IMG/VR virus record: IMGVR_UViG_3300017742_000005
Span: 1 to 62,070 of that record
Reading direction: 5' to 3' (one strand)
DNA length: 62,070 nt
DNA from: a virus
Lineage: Duplodnaviria > Caudoviricetes
The notes beneath the pieces were generated by a model. The model did no database searches. It was not told the origin of the DNA and saw nothing but the letters and a program-made list of their open reading frames with translations. A program made the position numbers and the translations under genes. Of the stretch, positions 36,851-46,596 are shown piece by piece. How positions within the stretch are numbered: position 1 is the stretch's first letter; the number at the start of each line of letters is the position of its first letter.

Positions 36851-38653
36851 ATGTCAGGAAAAAAATTATTAATTCTTGAAAGACAAAAATCAAATTTAGA
36901 TATAACAACCGGCGATGACGGATCTGTTGTACTAGAAGGTGTATTTACCGAATTTGATGTTAAGAACAAGAATAACCGAATTTATGAGGAGAAAGAAGTA
37001 ATGCCTCACATTAATGAATTACAAGAAAAGGTTAAGACCAATAAACTTCTAGGTGAATTAGACCATCCTAAAGATTTTGATGTTAGTTTGGCTAATGTCT
37101 CTCACGTTGTTGAATCTTTAGATTATGATAAAGAAAAGAAGCAGGTTATTGGAAAAATAAGATTACTGAATACCTCTAAAGGAAAAGAAGCACAAGCACT
37201 TATTAAGGACGGTATTCCTTTACATATTTCAAGCAGAGCTGCTGGTACAGTAGATGAAAATGGTAAAGTTAAAATTAAAAAGTTTTTTACTTATGACTTG
37301 GTTGCAGATCCTGGCTTTGAAAATGCTGAGTTATCAAGAGTAAATGAATCTTTTGGTTTAAGTAATGATGATGGTATATTAATCTACGAAATGGAAGAAA
37401 CTGAAAATAACGATAATAAAAAAGATCTAACGATGGAAAATAATAATTTTGTAACTGTTGAAGATTTTCAAAAGTATACTGAATATGTATCAGGTGTTCT
37501 TAGTAATGTTAAAGAATCTACTAATTCTAATAATGATGAGGTAATGGAAAAACTTATTAAGTATACCGAGCACATTGCAGAGAAAGTGAATCAGGTTACT
37601 GATTATGCTGAATACTTATCAGAGAATCTTGATAAAAACATTTCATACTCTGACTACTTAGCAGAGAATGTAAATTCAATTAAAGACTATGCGTCTTATT
37701 TAGCTGAAGAACTAGATGGAAGTATTCAATATGCTGAACATGTAGCTGAAATGGCTGACAAAGGAATTCAATATTCTAACTATGTTGCTGAAAACTTAGA
37801 GAAGAGTATTGACTATTCTGAATACGTTGCTGAAAAGGTTGACCAGAATATTGCTTATTCTGAATATCTTGGTGAAAATGTAGATAAGAGCATTAAGTAT
37901 GCTGAGTATATTGCTGAAAATGTAAACACTCCTAATGCTGAATCTATTAATGAAGGTACTGTTAATGAATATGGTATGAAGGAAGGTTCTATGCCAACAA
38001 TGGAAGAAGTTTCTAAATGTATGGATGAAGGAATGACTTATGAACAAGTTTGTGAAAAGTATCCTGATGCTGATAAAGCAAAATTAAAAGAAATGTGTGA
38101 ATCATGTGGTAAAACTCATGAGACTGTAGATTATAAAAATTCTATTGAAGAAAAATTAGAAAAGTTAATTGCAGCTGCTGAGGTTAAGAATGTATCTGAA
38201 ATGCACTTTATGAATTTCTTAGGAGAATCTAAAAAGAATGAATTTAATTCTTTATCTACAGAGAAGCAAGCTATGATTGTAGAATCAATGAATGCTAAAC
38301 CAATTATGTCAACTATACAGGCTGAAAATGTTTGGGAATCTAATTTTATTGAAAAGAAAAGAGGATTAGATGTTGTTACTGATATGCCAGAAAAATTCAA
38401 AGAAAAATGGAATAACCTTTCTGAAGCAAGACAAAGTCAAATTATTTCGGAATCTAGGTTCCACCCTGTAAATAATCAATATGGAATTAATAACTTCTGG
38501 TCAACTAGAGATCTAAGGGATACTCAAATTGTAACAGAATCTATTAACGAAAGTAAAACTGCTGCTGAGGCCGCGAATACAAAAGAGCCATTAGTAAATG
38601 AATCTTTTAAAAACGACTTAGTAAACAAAATGAAATTCAGATTAAATAGATAA
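36851..38653 (+). CDS. gp21: Prohead protease fused to scaffold-like extension
   Basis: LEGVF, NKNNRIY, LGELDHP, ISSRAAG, YDLVADPGF, then about 430 aa acidic helical tail. Confidence 0.88.
   Translation: MSGKKLLILERQKSNLDITTGDDGSVVLEGVFTEFDVKNKNNRIYEEKEVMPHINELQEKVKTNKLLGELDHPKDFDVSLANVSHVVESLDYDKEKKQVIGKIRLLNTSKGKEAQALIKDGIPLHISSRAAGTVDENGKVKIKKFFTYDLVADPGFENAELSRVNESFGLSNDDGILIYEMEETENNDNKKDLTMENNNFVTVEDFQKYTEYVSGVLSNVKESTNSNNDEVMEKLIKYTEHIAEKVNQVTDYAEYLSENLDKNISYSDYLAENVNSIKDYASYLAEELDGSIQYAEHVAEMADKGIQYSNYVAENLEKSIDYSEYVAEKVDQNIAYSEYLGENVDKSIKYAEYIAENVNTPNAESINEGTVNEYGMKEGSMPTMEEVSKCMDEGMTYEQVCEKYPDADKAKLKEMCESCGKTHETVDYKNSIEEKLEKLIAAAEVKNVSEMHFMNFLGESKKNEFNSLSTEKQAMIVESMNAKPIMSTIQAENVWESNFIEKKRGLDVVTDMPEKFKEKWNNLSEARQSQIISESRFHPVNNQYGINNFWSTRDLRDTQIVTESINESKTAAEAANTKEPLVNESFKNDLVNKMKFRLNR
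37559..37927 (+). repeat. About nine tandem 14-aa (42-nt) repeats, xY[AS]EY[LVI]AExxDxxI
   Basis: Visible in translation: DYAEYLSENLDKNI, SYSDYLAENVNSIK, DYSEYVAEKVDQNI and others. Confidence 0.9.
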
Positions 38654-38763
38654 TCATTTAATCTAAAAGATATTAATCGAATGGTTAAGAAGAAAAGAAC
38701 CGAGGCGATTAAATAAACGGAATTGAAAGATTCCACAAAAATGCGAAAAATAATTTTTTAAAA

Positions 38764-40500
38764 ATGTACGCAAATCAATTAATCAACGAGGCTGAGGTTC
38801 AAAAGACCTGGGGCCCTATCATTGAGGAAAGTACTGGTATTACTGAAAAGTCTAAGTTATCTTGGATGTCTAAGTACTGTCACTACCACAATCTTAATGA
38901 GAGTGTATATAATACTGTACACTTAAATCCAAACATGAATGTTCAAGGTATGGGTGCAACTGCTTTCCCAAGCGATCCTACTACAATGAACAACTTCAAC
39001 GGTAATATGACTGCCGGTTCTGGAGATAGACCATTCTCTTTGTTGCCACTTGCTATGCAGGTTGCTGCTCAGACTGTAGGTTTAGACTTAGTACCAGTTG
39101 TACCAATGCAAGGTCCTATGGGAGTATTAACTTACCTAGACTTCGTATATGGTGGAGGTAGAACTACCGATGCAGGTGGAAAAGTAACTGATTCTGCTCC
39201 ATTACTAATTAAAGCTGATTTAACTTTAGCTTCAGGTGTAGCTGCATTAGCAGTTAACCAATTAGTATATGCTGCTTCAACTGCTGCTAACAATGCTGCT
39301 TACGAATTAACTTACGTAGGTAAATCTAGAATCGATGGTTACTCAATCTTCCGTGTAAGAGGTAATGGTGTTGCTACTGATACTAACTTTGCTCAAGGTG
39401 AAGAAGGTTACGAAGCAATTTATGAAGCTGTTAAAGGTGGTGTAGATTTCTATTCTGATATCGCTACTGCAGCAGTTATCGGTGCATGGGGTGATACTCC
39501 TGAATATGTAAAAGCTTTAGAGGACCATATTACTGGTTTCTCAGGTAATGCATTTGAGGATAACAACCCACTACCTGGTGCTACGAACGTTCCTGGATTC
39601 TTAACTGAGTCTATTGACGGAACTGATCCTTACCAAAGAGGTGTTGGAGAATCAACTCCAGACAATATCATGGGACTAAGCTTATTCAACAAGTCTGTTG
39701 CTGCTAAAACTTACCAAGTTGCTGCTGCCGTGACTAGAGAACAAGTTCAGGATTTGAAACAATTCGGAATCGACGCAGTTGCTCAAGTAGAAGCTGTATT
39801 GGTGAATGAATTAACTCAATCTATCAACAAATATATCTTAGATAGAATCTTCAGAAATGGAGCTGAAAATGCTAAGAATATTAATGCTGTTGACGGTTTA
39901 CAGTTATCAGCTTCTTACGGAACAACTGCAGCACCTGCTGTTGTAATTCCATTAGGACCTGGAAACGATAGCAATACTAACATTAATGCAACTGTTGCAA
40001 GAACGTTAGTTGGTGCAGGTGGTGAAACACAAGGAACTTTACAACGTAGGTTGTATACTAAAGTACTTGCTGCTTCTAACCTAATCGCAACAAGAGGAAG
40101 AAGAGGACCTGCTACTTTCGCAGTAACTTCTGGAGAAATTGCTACGGCACTTCAGGATGTTGCAGGATTCGTACCTTACCCACTATCAAATACAATCAAC
40201 CAAGCTGGTGGATCTTTATATCCAATCGGTGCTTTGGCTGGTGTAACTATTTATGTTGATCCAAACATGGCTTGGACTGACTATAGAGTTGCTGTAGGTA
40301 GAAAAGGTGATGGTAATTCTCCTGGTTTAGTATTCATGCCTTACTTAATGGCTGAATCTGTTGAAACAATCGCAGAAGGAACTATGGCTCCTAAAATCGC
40401 GGTTAAATCTAGATTCGCTTTAGTAGACGCTGGATTCCACCCAGAAACAATGTATTACACATTAGGTTTTAACTTCGAGGCTGGTACTAGTATCATCTAA
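38764..40500 (+). CDS. gp23: Major capsid protein
   Basis: VVPMQGPMG, EQVQDLK, TRGRRG, GLVFMPY, PKIAVKSRF; position after the protease. Confidence 0.92.
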   Translation: MYANQLINEAEVQKTWGPIIEESTGITEKSKLSWMSKYCHYHNLNESVYNTVHLNPNMNVQGMGATAFPSDPTTMNNFNGNMTAGSGDRPFSLLPLAMQVAAQTVGLDLVPVVPMQGPMGVLTYLDFVYGGGRTTDAGGKVTDSAPLLIKADLTLASGVAALAVNQLVYAASTAANNAAYELTYVGKSRIDGYSIFRVRGNGVATDTNFAQGEEGYEAIYEAVKGGVDFYSDIATAAVIGAWGDTPEYVKALEDHITGFSGNAFEDNNPLPGATNVPGFLTESIDGTDPYQRGVGESTPDNIMGLSLFNKSVAAKTYQVAAAVTREQVQDLKQFGIDAVAQVEAVLVNELTQSINKYILDRIFRNGAENAKNINAVDGLQLSASYGTTAAPAVVIPLGPGNDSNTNINATVARTLVGAGGETQGTLQRRLYTKVLAASNLIATRGRRGPATFAVTSGEIATALQDVAGFVPYPLSNTINQAGGSLYPIGALAGVTIYVDPNMAWTDYRVAVGRKGDGNSPGLVFMPYLMAESVETIAEGTMAPKIAVKSRFALVDAGFHPETMYYTLGFNFEAGTSII

Positions 40501-40525
40501 GAATAAAAACTTATAATACAGTTTT

Positions 40526-40557
40526 AAAAGGTTCGCTTAACGGCGGACCTTTTTTTT
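40526..40557 (+). terminator. Intrinsic terminator after the capsid gene
   Basis: aaaaggttcgct-taac-ggcggacctttttttt. Confidence 0.85.
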
Positions 40558-40599
40558 GTCTTATATTAGTTGAATATATAAAAAAATCAATAACTAGAT

Positions 40600-41775
40600 A
40601 TGAAAAGAGTAAAATCATACAATGAGTTTATAGCTGAATCTAATAATAAAAATGTAGATGAAGGTATTACTGACATTAAAGGTATTGCATCTAATCCTAT
40701 AAAATGGAAAAAGATTAAAAACAATGCTAAGAAGTATCAACAGACTAAAGTTCAAATAGCTTTAAATAATGTTGATCATGCTAAGAAGAAAGAAAAGTCT
40801 TCAGGTAAAATAGATCCTAAGCAAAAGGAGGTTTTAGATGCTGCAAATAAAGCTAAGAACCAAGCGTTAAAAGATAAAGCATCTGCGGTTAGTCAAAGAA
40901 TGAAAGATTTAGCTTCAACTGATGCTCTTAAAAAGGTTGTAACCATTGCAACAACAAAAGCTAACCTAGCCGCAGCAGAAACTGCTCTTAAAGCTGCTGA
41001 TGGCGAAGAATCAAAACAACTTAAGATTAAAATTAAAAAATTAGCAGGTCAGGCTGCTGATGCACAGCAAGCATTAAAGGATTATGAATCAGAAGGTGAT
41101 AAGGAAGTTAAATTACCAGGTGAAGATGAAAAGGCTGCAGCTGCAGAAAAGGCAAAGTTAGATAAAGAAAAAGCTGAGAAGGCTAAAGAAGCTGTTGAAG
41201 GCGAGATTACTAAAGCTAAAGCTGCGTATGATAAAGTAAAAGACGGCGAAGATGAAAAGGCCAAACTACAAGCAGAAATTAAATTTAAACAAGCTCAACA
41301 GAAAAAAGCTAAATTAGATGGTAATGATGAATTGTTCCAAGGTTTAGGAAATGACATTGGGGAGATTATGAAAAAGATAAAGGCTATTGATCCGAATGCT
41401 GAAACTGAAACAGAGACCGAGACCGAGACTGAAACAGAGACCGAGACTGGTAAAGATGATCCAGGTGCAAAATTAGAAGCTGATATTAAAGCCTTTAATG
41501 ATAACATAGAAGCTGAGAGAACTACAATGAATAAAGCTACTAAAGATTTGGAACAGGCTAAAAGAGATCTAAAAACCGGTAGAGGTTCTGAGGAACAAGT
41601 TCAAAAGTTACAAAAGGCAATTGAAGATAGTAAAGAAGATATTGCTGAACTTAAGAAAAAGGAAGCTGATGCTAAAAAGAAATTGGCTGCACTATCTAAA
41701 CCTAAAGGAGAATCATTTCAACCACTCGAAGAAACAGTTTCTGAAAAGTTTAGAAGGTTAATGAATAATGTATAA
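40600..41775 (+). CDS. Lys/Ala/Glu-rich coiled-coil protein, probable internal head protein
   Basis: N-terminus KSYNEFIAE resembles the T4 capsid-targeting sequence; late motif at 40573. Confidence 0.65.
   Translation: MKRVKSYNEFIAESNNKNVDEGITDIKGIASNPIKWKKIKNNAKKYQQTKVQIALNNVDHAKKKEKSSGKIDPKQKEVLDAANKAKNQALKDKASAVSQRMKDLASTDALKKVVTIATTKANLAAAETALKAADGEESKQLKIKIKKLAGQAADAQQALKDYESEGDKEVKLPGEDEKAAAAEKAKLDKEKAEKAKEAVEGEITKAKAAYDKVKDGEDEKAKLQAEIKFKQAQQKKAKLDGNDELFQGLGNDIGEIMKKIKAIDPNAETETETETETETETETGKDDPGAKLEADIKAFNDNIEAERTTMNKATKDLEQAKRDLKTGRGSEEQVQKLQKAIEDSKEDIAELKKKEADAKKKLAALSKPKGESFQPLEETVSEKFRRLMNNV
41401..41448 (+). repeat. (Glu-Thr)x8 hexanucleotide repeat
   Basis: gaaact gaaaca gagacc gagacc gagact gaaaca gagacc gagact. 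Confidence 0.9.
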
Positions 41776-42259
41776 AGTCCGTAAGATAAACTTTGGATGG
41801 TATAAAAGGAGGCATGGAATTCTATTGGAGAATCTGCCTCCTTTGAAGCAACGATTTATGATAGAGAATAATTATCTTAAATGGTTGGATTCAGATACTC
41901 AGGCATTTGAGATTATCTTTAAAGTTGAGGATATGAATGAGCATGAAAAAAATCCTAATCGTATACTTTGGAATCCTTTCAGAGAAACTTTTACAAACAT
42001 TAAAGAATTAGAAAAAGATTCTGATGTTGTGGATTGGAATTGTGGTATATGTAAAGTTGAAATTAAATCTAGAATGGATTCTAGGAAGGTTGAAAACTTT
42101 GTTTGTAATAAGTGTTCAGATGCTCATAACTCCCGGAATAAAAGAGTTGATCAAAGAATAATAGATTCGTCAATCAAATTTACCCAACACTGTAAATCGT
42201 TATTAAAAGGTGAACAAAGAGAGTTTATGACTTATGTACGCAGATCATCAAAGGGATAA
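41768..42259 (+). CDS. Hypothetical protein with CxxC...CxxC zinc ribbon
   Basis: CGIC and CNKC. Confidence 0.6.
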   Translation: MYKVRKINFGWYKRRHGILLENLPPLKQRFMIENNYLKWLDSDTQAFEIIFKVEDMNEHEKNPNRILWNPFRETFTNIKELEKDSDVVDWNCGICKVEIKSRMDSRKVENFVCNKCSDAHNSRNKRVDQRIIDSSIKFTQHCKSLLKGEQREFMTYVRRSSKG

Positions 42260-43036
42260 CGATTCTTCTATAGTTATTTTTTTAAATACATTTAATTTAC
42301 TCGTAGGGCATGCATTAAAAATTTGTATACCTTTACCTTTGATATGTTCCTTTAGAATATCAAACCCTGGTAAAAAGTGTTTATTATAAATAGTATCAGC
42401 TGTTGCATTAATTGGGTACCCATCATGAAAGTGACTAACAGTTCCACTATTTCCCATATCATAACCTAATAATACTATTTTCTTAGATCCTAAATGTAAT
42501 GCTAAATTAATGGCAGCATATCCACTATTCATTCCGTGAGCTAATGTATTTGGTGAAGTTTCTAATCCATATTTTACACCTCTCTTTAACAAATGAATAT
42601 CTTCCGTAAGTTCTCTTCTAGGGGCAATCGTATATTTTAAACCTTTAAAACTATCAATATCTTTTTTATGCCAATTATAAAATCTACCATCCGTCCAATA
42701 TAAAACATTCGCATTAGGATAGCTTAGTAGTGCTTTGTTTATAACTATTGTTTTTTTATCATTTAACCTATTCCAATTAAACCCTTTTAATGATGGCCCA
42801 CCACCAATAATGTATACGGTTTCACCAGCCCATATTCTTGGTACAGGTTTAAATACCTTTGGTATATTCCAATTAGGATTTACATTTTTTCTATGAGTAG
42901 CTGCTATACGAGTAGATGCATTAGGTTTGGTCTTATGTACTACCACAGGCCCTCTAGTTATATTACTCCTAACATTACTAGATATCTTTGGATCTACTTT
43001 AACTTTAACTATCTTCCTAATTTTTCGAGGACTCAT
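42248..43036 (-). CDS. Maf/CstII (GT42)-like glycosyltransferase-fold protein
   Basis: YIIGGGPSL, NSGYAAINLALHLG, LLGYDM, HFH; likely start at 43036 (MSPRK). Confidence 0.65.
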   Translation of the reverse strand: MSPRKIRKIVKVKVDPKISSNVRSNITRGPVVVHKTKPNASTRIAATHRKNVNPNWNIPKVFKPVPRIWAGETVYIIGGGPSLKGFNWNRLNDKKTIVINKALLSYPNANVLYWTDGRFYNWHKKDIDSFKGLKYTIAPRRELTEDIHLLKRGVKYGLETSPNTLAHGMNSGYAAINLALHLGSKKIVLLGYDMGNSGTVSHFHDGYPINATADTIYNKHFLPGFDILKEHIKGKGIQIFNACPTSKLNVFKKITIEESLSL

Positions 43037-43065
43037 TAATAGATTTTTTTTATTTATTTCTATTA

Positions 43066-43091
43066 AAACAAATGCTATTTTTTCCATATAA
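43066..43091 (+). promoter_or_regulatory. Bipartite promoter AAAC-N16-ATATAA
   Basis: Upstream of the clamp loader gene. Confidence 0.65.
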
Positions 43092-43111
43092 AAATAAATC
43101 AAAACTAAAAT

Positions 43112-44074
43112 ATGAAGAATATTCAAAATGTACTTTTAACAGAGAAGTACCGACCACAGTCATTAGATGATTTAATTACTCCTAAAAGAGTAGGTGAAAA
43201 ACTAAGTAAAGGAGTCTATCAACATTTATTACTACATGGCAGTCCTGGTACCGGTAAAACTTCTGCTGCTAAGGCTTTGGTTAAACATTTTAAGCACCCT
43301 TACTTATACATTAATGCTTCTACTGATACTTCTGTTGATGTTGTAAGAAATAGGATTACTGATTTTTGTGCTAACCGTTCTATTATGGATGAGCCAGGAA
43401 AAATGAAAGTAATTATACTTGATGAGATTGATGGTGTATCTGATCAATTCTTTAAAGCATTAAGAGCTACAATGGATCAGTTTGCTGTTAATGCAAGATT
43501 CGTTGCAACATGTAATTATATTAATAAAGTACCTGATCCAATTCAGTCAAGATTTGAAATGATTGATTTTGATTTTTCCAAAGAAGAAGAAACTGAAATA
43601 ATGAAAAGTTACATTATGAGAATTCTTCAAATTTGTAAGGAAGAAGGTATCGGTATTGATAAACATGCAGCTGTAGAATTAGTAAAAAGAAAATTTCCTG
43701 ATTTAAGAAATATGTTAAATCAGTTACAAGGATTTAAATCCCAGGGCGTAGAAACTATAACGGTTGAAAATATTAAACAATTCAGTTCAGTATATAAAGA
43801 TATTTATGATCTTGTTATTGACGGTGAAGATCCTGTAAAAAATTATCAATATATGCTATCTAATTATGCAAATAGAACCGATGATGTTTTATCTTCACTA
43901 GGTGCTGAGTTTATAGATTTTATAAAACAAGATAGGCAATCATACACTACATTTATTCCACAGATAATTGTAACAGTTGCAAAATACCAGGCACAGCGAC
44001 AACAGGTAATTGATCCTGCTGTATCAATGCTTGCTTGTATATATGAATTACAAACAATAGTAAACGGAGCATAA
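43112..44074 (+). CDS. gp44: Clamp loader AAA+ subunit
   Basis: EKYRP, GSPGTGKT, LDEID, SRF. Confidence 0.92.
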   Translation: MKNIQNVLLTEKYRPQSLDDLITPKRVGEKLSKGVYQHLLLHGSPGTGKTSAAKALVKHFKHPYLYINASTDTSVDVVRNRITDFCANRSIMDEPGKMKVIILDEIDGVSDQFFKALRATMDQFAVNARFVATCNYINKVPDPIQSRFEMIDFDFSKEEETEIMKSYIMRILQICKEEGIGIDKHAAVELVKRKFPDLRNMLNQLQGFKSQGVETITVENIKQFSSVYKDIYDLVIDGEDPVKNYQYMLSNYANRTDDVLSSLGAEFIDFIKQDRQSYTTFIPQIIVTVAKYQAQRQQVIDPAVSMLACIYELQTIVNGA

Positions 44075-44730
44075 TGGCATACGGAGTATATAAAAACACT
44101 GAAGAGTTTGAGGAGCAGTTAGCACAATACACTGGTTCTAAATATGCAGTAACTTTAGATAATATGAGTAACGGTTTATTCCTTGCTTTATATTATGAGA
44201 AGCATGTTAACAAATCAATAATAGATGATTCTATAATAATTCCAAATAGAACTTACCCATCAGTCCCTTGTGAAATAATCCATGCAGGATTAAAGGTTAA
44301 GTGGAATAAAAAACACCCACAAGTTTTTAAAGGTAAATTAACTGGCGCATATCAGTTAAAAGGATCTAATGTTTGGGATTCAGCATTAACATTTACTGCA
44401 GATATGTATAAACCTTCTACTCATATGTGTGTATCATTCACTGGCCCTTTTAAACATTTTAAATTATCTAAAGGCGGTGCAATACTAACCGATAGTCTAA
44501 AAGCATATCATTGGTTTAAAAGAGCAAGGTATTCAGGTCGCAGAGAATGTTCTTATCATGATGATAATTTTGATATGATTGGGTGGAATTTTTATATGAT
44601 GCCAGAATTAGCAGCAAGAGGATTATTATTAATGAACCAATTTTATAACCAGGACGGTACTAAAAAGCACCAAGAAGATTTGTCGTTACCTTACCCTGAT
44701 TTATCAAAATTTAAAATATACGAAAAATGA
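44074..44730 (+). CDS. Short DegT/DnrJ/EryC1/StrS-family PLP-dependent aminotransferase
   Basis: FEEQLAQYTGSKYAV, WDSA, SFTGPFKH, GGAILTD, GWNFYM. Confidence 0.8.
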   Translation: MAYGVYKNTEEFEEQLAQYTGSKYAVTLDNMSNGLFLALYYEKHVNKSIIDDSIIIPNRTYPSVPCEIIHAGLKVKWNKKHPQVFKGKLTGAYQLKGSNVWDSALTFTADMYKPSTHMCVSFTGPFKHFKLSKGGAILTDSLKAYHWFKRARYSGRRECSYHDDNFDMIGWNFYMMPELAARGLLLMNQFYNQDGTKKHQEDLSLPYPDLSKFKIYEK

Positions 44731-44882
44731 GAGAAGAATTTTTAAAAAAATTAATTAAGGCATTTCCTAATTATATGGAGCTAGGAGCCGCTGTACATAA
44801 ATATCATACACTTATACAGGATGGAATAGGTGAAAAACAAGTAGAAGAATATATCTTACAAGAAACTTTCAAAGTTCTTTAA
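44727..44882 (+). CDS. 51-aa hypothetical protein (not in ORF track)
   Basis: ATGA overlap with the upstream stop; MREEFLKKLIKAFPNYMELGAAV... Confidence 0.55.
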   Translation: MREEFLKKLIKAFPNYMELGAAVHKYHTLIQDGIGEKQVEEYILQETFKVL

Positions 44883-44913
44883 TACTTGTTATAATTATAT
44901 TAAATAACACATT

Positions 44914-46140
44914 ATGAAAAAAACAGGCAGACATACATTTGTCATAGATGGAAACTATTTTCTATTTAGAACATTATACGTAATTCCACAAAGATCAAAA
45001 AAGGCAGGTCTATTAGGAACAGAAGAAGATGTACAGGCCTTTGTTAAAAAATTGGCAACTGACTTTGCATATCAGATCAGGTTATTTGAAGGTCTTATTG
45101 ATAAGGTAGTTTGGACGGTAGATTCAAGGTCATGGCGTAAAGACTTTTACCCAGAAGCAGAATATAAAGGTAACCGTAAACAGAACGATGCTCTTAACTG
45201 GGAAAACTTCTCAAAGGCAACAGCTGACTTTATTTCTATTCTATCTAAACAAGGTGTTATCATTTCTAAAATTGATGGCGCTGAAGGTGATGATTTAATG
45301 TATGCATGGAATACTGAATCTCTTGCTAATGACAAATCAGTTATTATGTTTACTGGAGATAGGGATTTAGTTCAATTAGTAGATAAGAGTAAAAGTAATC
45401 ATACTCATACTATTCTATTTTCACCAGCTCATAAAAAATTATATACTTACCAAGGTTTTTCTGAATGGATGGATTCTCAAACTGAAGAAGAACAATCTGA
45501 TGACATATTTGATGTACTAAAAACTTCTGTATCGCCAGAGAATCAGGCTAAAAAATTACTTAAGGCATTAGTCGCAAAGAAAAAGGTTTCTATTATAGAA
45601 GTTGACCCTGAAGACTTCCGTTTCCGTAAAGTACTCACTGGAGATGCAGGTGATAATGTACCACCTGCATACTATTATAAAAAAGGTAATAGGAGATACG
45701 GTATTAGTGAAAACAAGGCAACTGCTATTATTGCTGAGTTCAAAGAAAAGCATGGTCACTTATCCCATATGTATCTTTATAATGATGAGTATATTACTGA
45801 CCTTGCAAATATGACCGTAAGAGTTATGAATGCAAAACATATGAGCAGAGAACAGATTATTTCTAATCTCAAATCTAATGTCAATCTTATGGTTCTTGCT
45901 GCTGAATCTATACCAGAAGGTATCCTAGACGAAATGTTTAAATCAGTTGAATCTAAAATGAATTTAAAAGGTTTACAGTTAAAAACAATTTCTACTATGA
46001 AATCTATCTTGGAGAATACTGAATATGCTAAAGAAACTGATAGCTCTTTTAAAGCTTCATTTTTTAAAGATGATGATTCAAGTGATTCTAATGATATGTC
46101 TTTTATAAAAGGTAGTAAAAAACAAGATAAGATTTTTTAA
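44914..46140 (+). CDS. rnh: RNase H / 5'-3' exonuclease (FEN-like)
   Basis: VIDGN, SWRK..YPEAEYKGNR, EGDD, GDRDL, GDAGDNV. Confidence 0.88.
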   Translation: MKKTGRHTFVIDGNYFLFRTLYVIPQRSKKAGLLGTEEDVQAFVKKLATDFAYQIRLFEGLIDKVVWTVDSRSWRKDFYPEAEYKGNRKQNDALNWENFSKATADFISILSKQGVIISKIDGAEGDDLMYAWNTESLANDKSVIMFTGDRDLVQLVDKSKSNHTHTILFSPAHKKLYTYQGFSEWMDSQTEEEQSDDIFDVLKTSVSPENQAKKLLKALVAKKKVSIIEVDPEDFRFRKVLTGDAGDNVPPAYYYKKGNRRYGISENKATAIIAEFKEKHGHLSHMYLYNDEYITDLANMTVRVMNAKHMSREQIISNLKSNVNLMVLAAESIPEGILDEMFKSVESKMNLKGLQLKTISTMKSILENTEYAKETDSSFKASFFKDDDSSDSNDMSFIKGSKKQDKIF

Positions 46141-46164
46141 ACTTTTTACTTTTTCTTCATATAA
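46139..46164 (+). promoter_or_regulatory. Bipartite promoter AAAC-N16-ATATAA
   Basis: Upstream of the gp62-like gene. Confidence 0.6.
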
Positions 46165-46179
46165 ATATAAAATAACTTA

Positions 46180-46596
46180 ATGAAATTATTTGACTACATA
46201 AGAGTACTTTTTGGTAAAGATGTTCACTGGGATAAGGTATCTAATTACGATAAATCTAAAAATTCATTTATGACTAATAGATTTATGAGTATTAAGTTTC
46301 CTATCCAGGCAAATATGTTTAATACTTTAAAAATAGATCCCGTTGGTCAAGCCGAATCATGGAGATTAATTTCATCTAAATTTAATAGGGTGCCAGGTTT
46401 TATTTACACTAAAGTAAAAAAGACAGCAAAACAAAAATCAAAGGAATGGACTCCTGATCCTGCTGCAAAAGAAATGTACATGAAGTTTAATGAAATAGGC
46501 GAAAGAGAATACAGAGAAGCTCTAAAACATAACCCATCACTAATAAAGTCTTCGATAGATATATTAGAAAAACAAATGGGCAAAGATGTTAATTGA
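46180..46596 (+). CDS. Putative clamp loader small subunit (gp62-like)
   Basis: LFDYI...FMTNRFMS...AN pattern and size. Confidence 0.55.
   Translation: MKLFDYIRVLFGKDVHWDKVSNYDKSKNSFMTNRFMSIKFPIQANMFNTLKIDPVGQAESWRLISSKFNRVPGFIYTKVKKTAKQKSKEWTPDPAAKEMYMKFNEIGEREYREALKHNPSLIKSSIDILEKQMGKDVN

Noticed and set aside
37559-37927. 42-nt periodic repeat as a CRISPR array
   Set aside because: Conserved at the protein level and in frame within gp21; no identical direct repeats.
43037-43126. N-terminal 30 aa of the 292-aa minus-strand ORF
   Set aside because: Overlaps the gp44 start and promoter; ATG at 43036 is the more plausible start.
44863-44900. Twelfth AAAC-ATATAA promoter before rnh
   Set aside because: Spacing is about 22 nt and the downstream hexamer is TTATAA, which does not fit the consensus.
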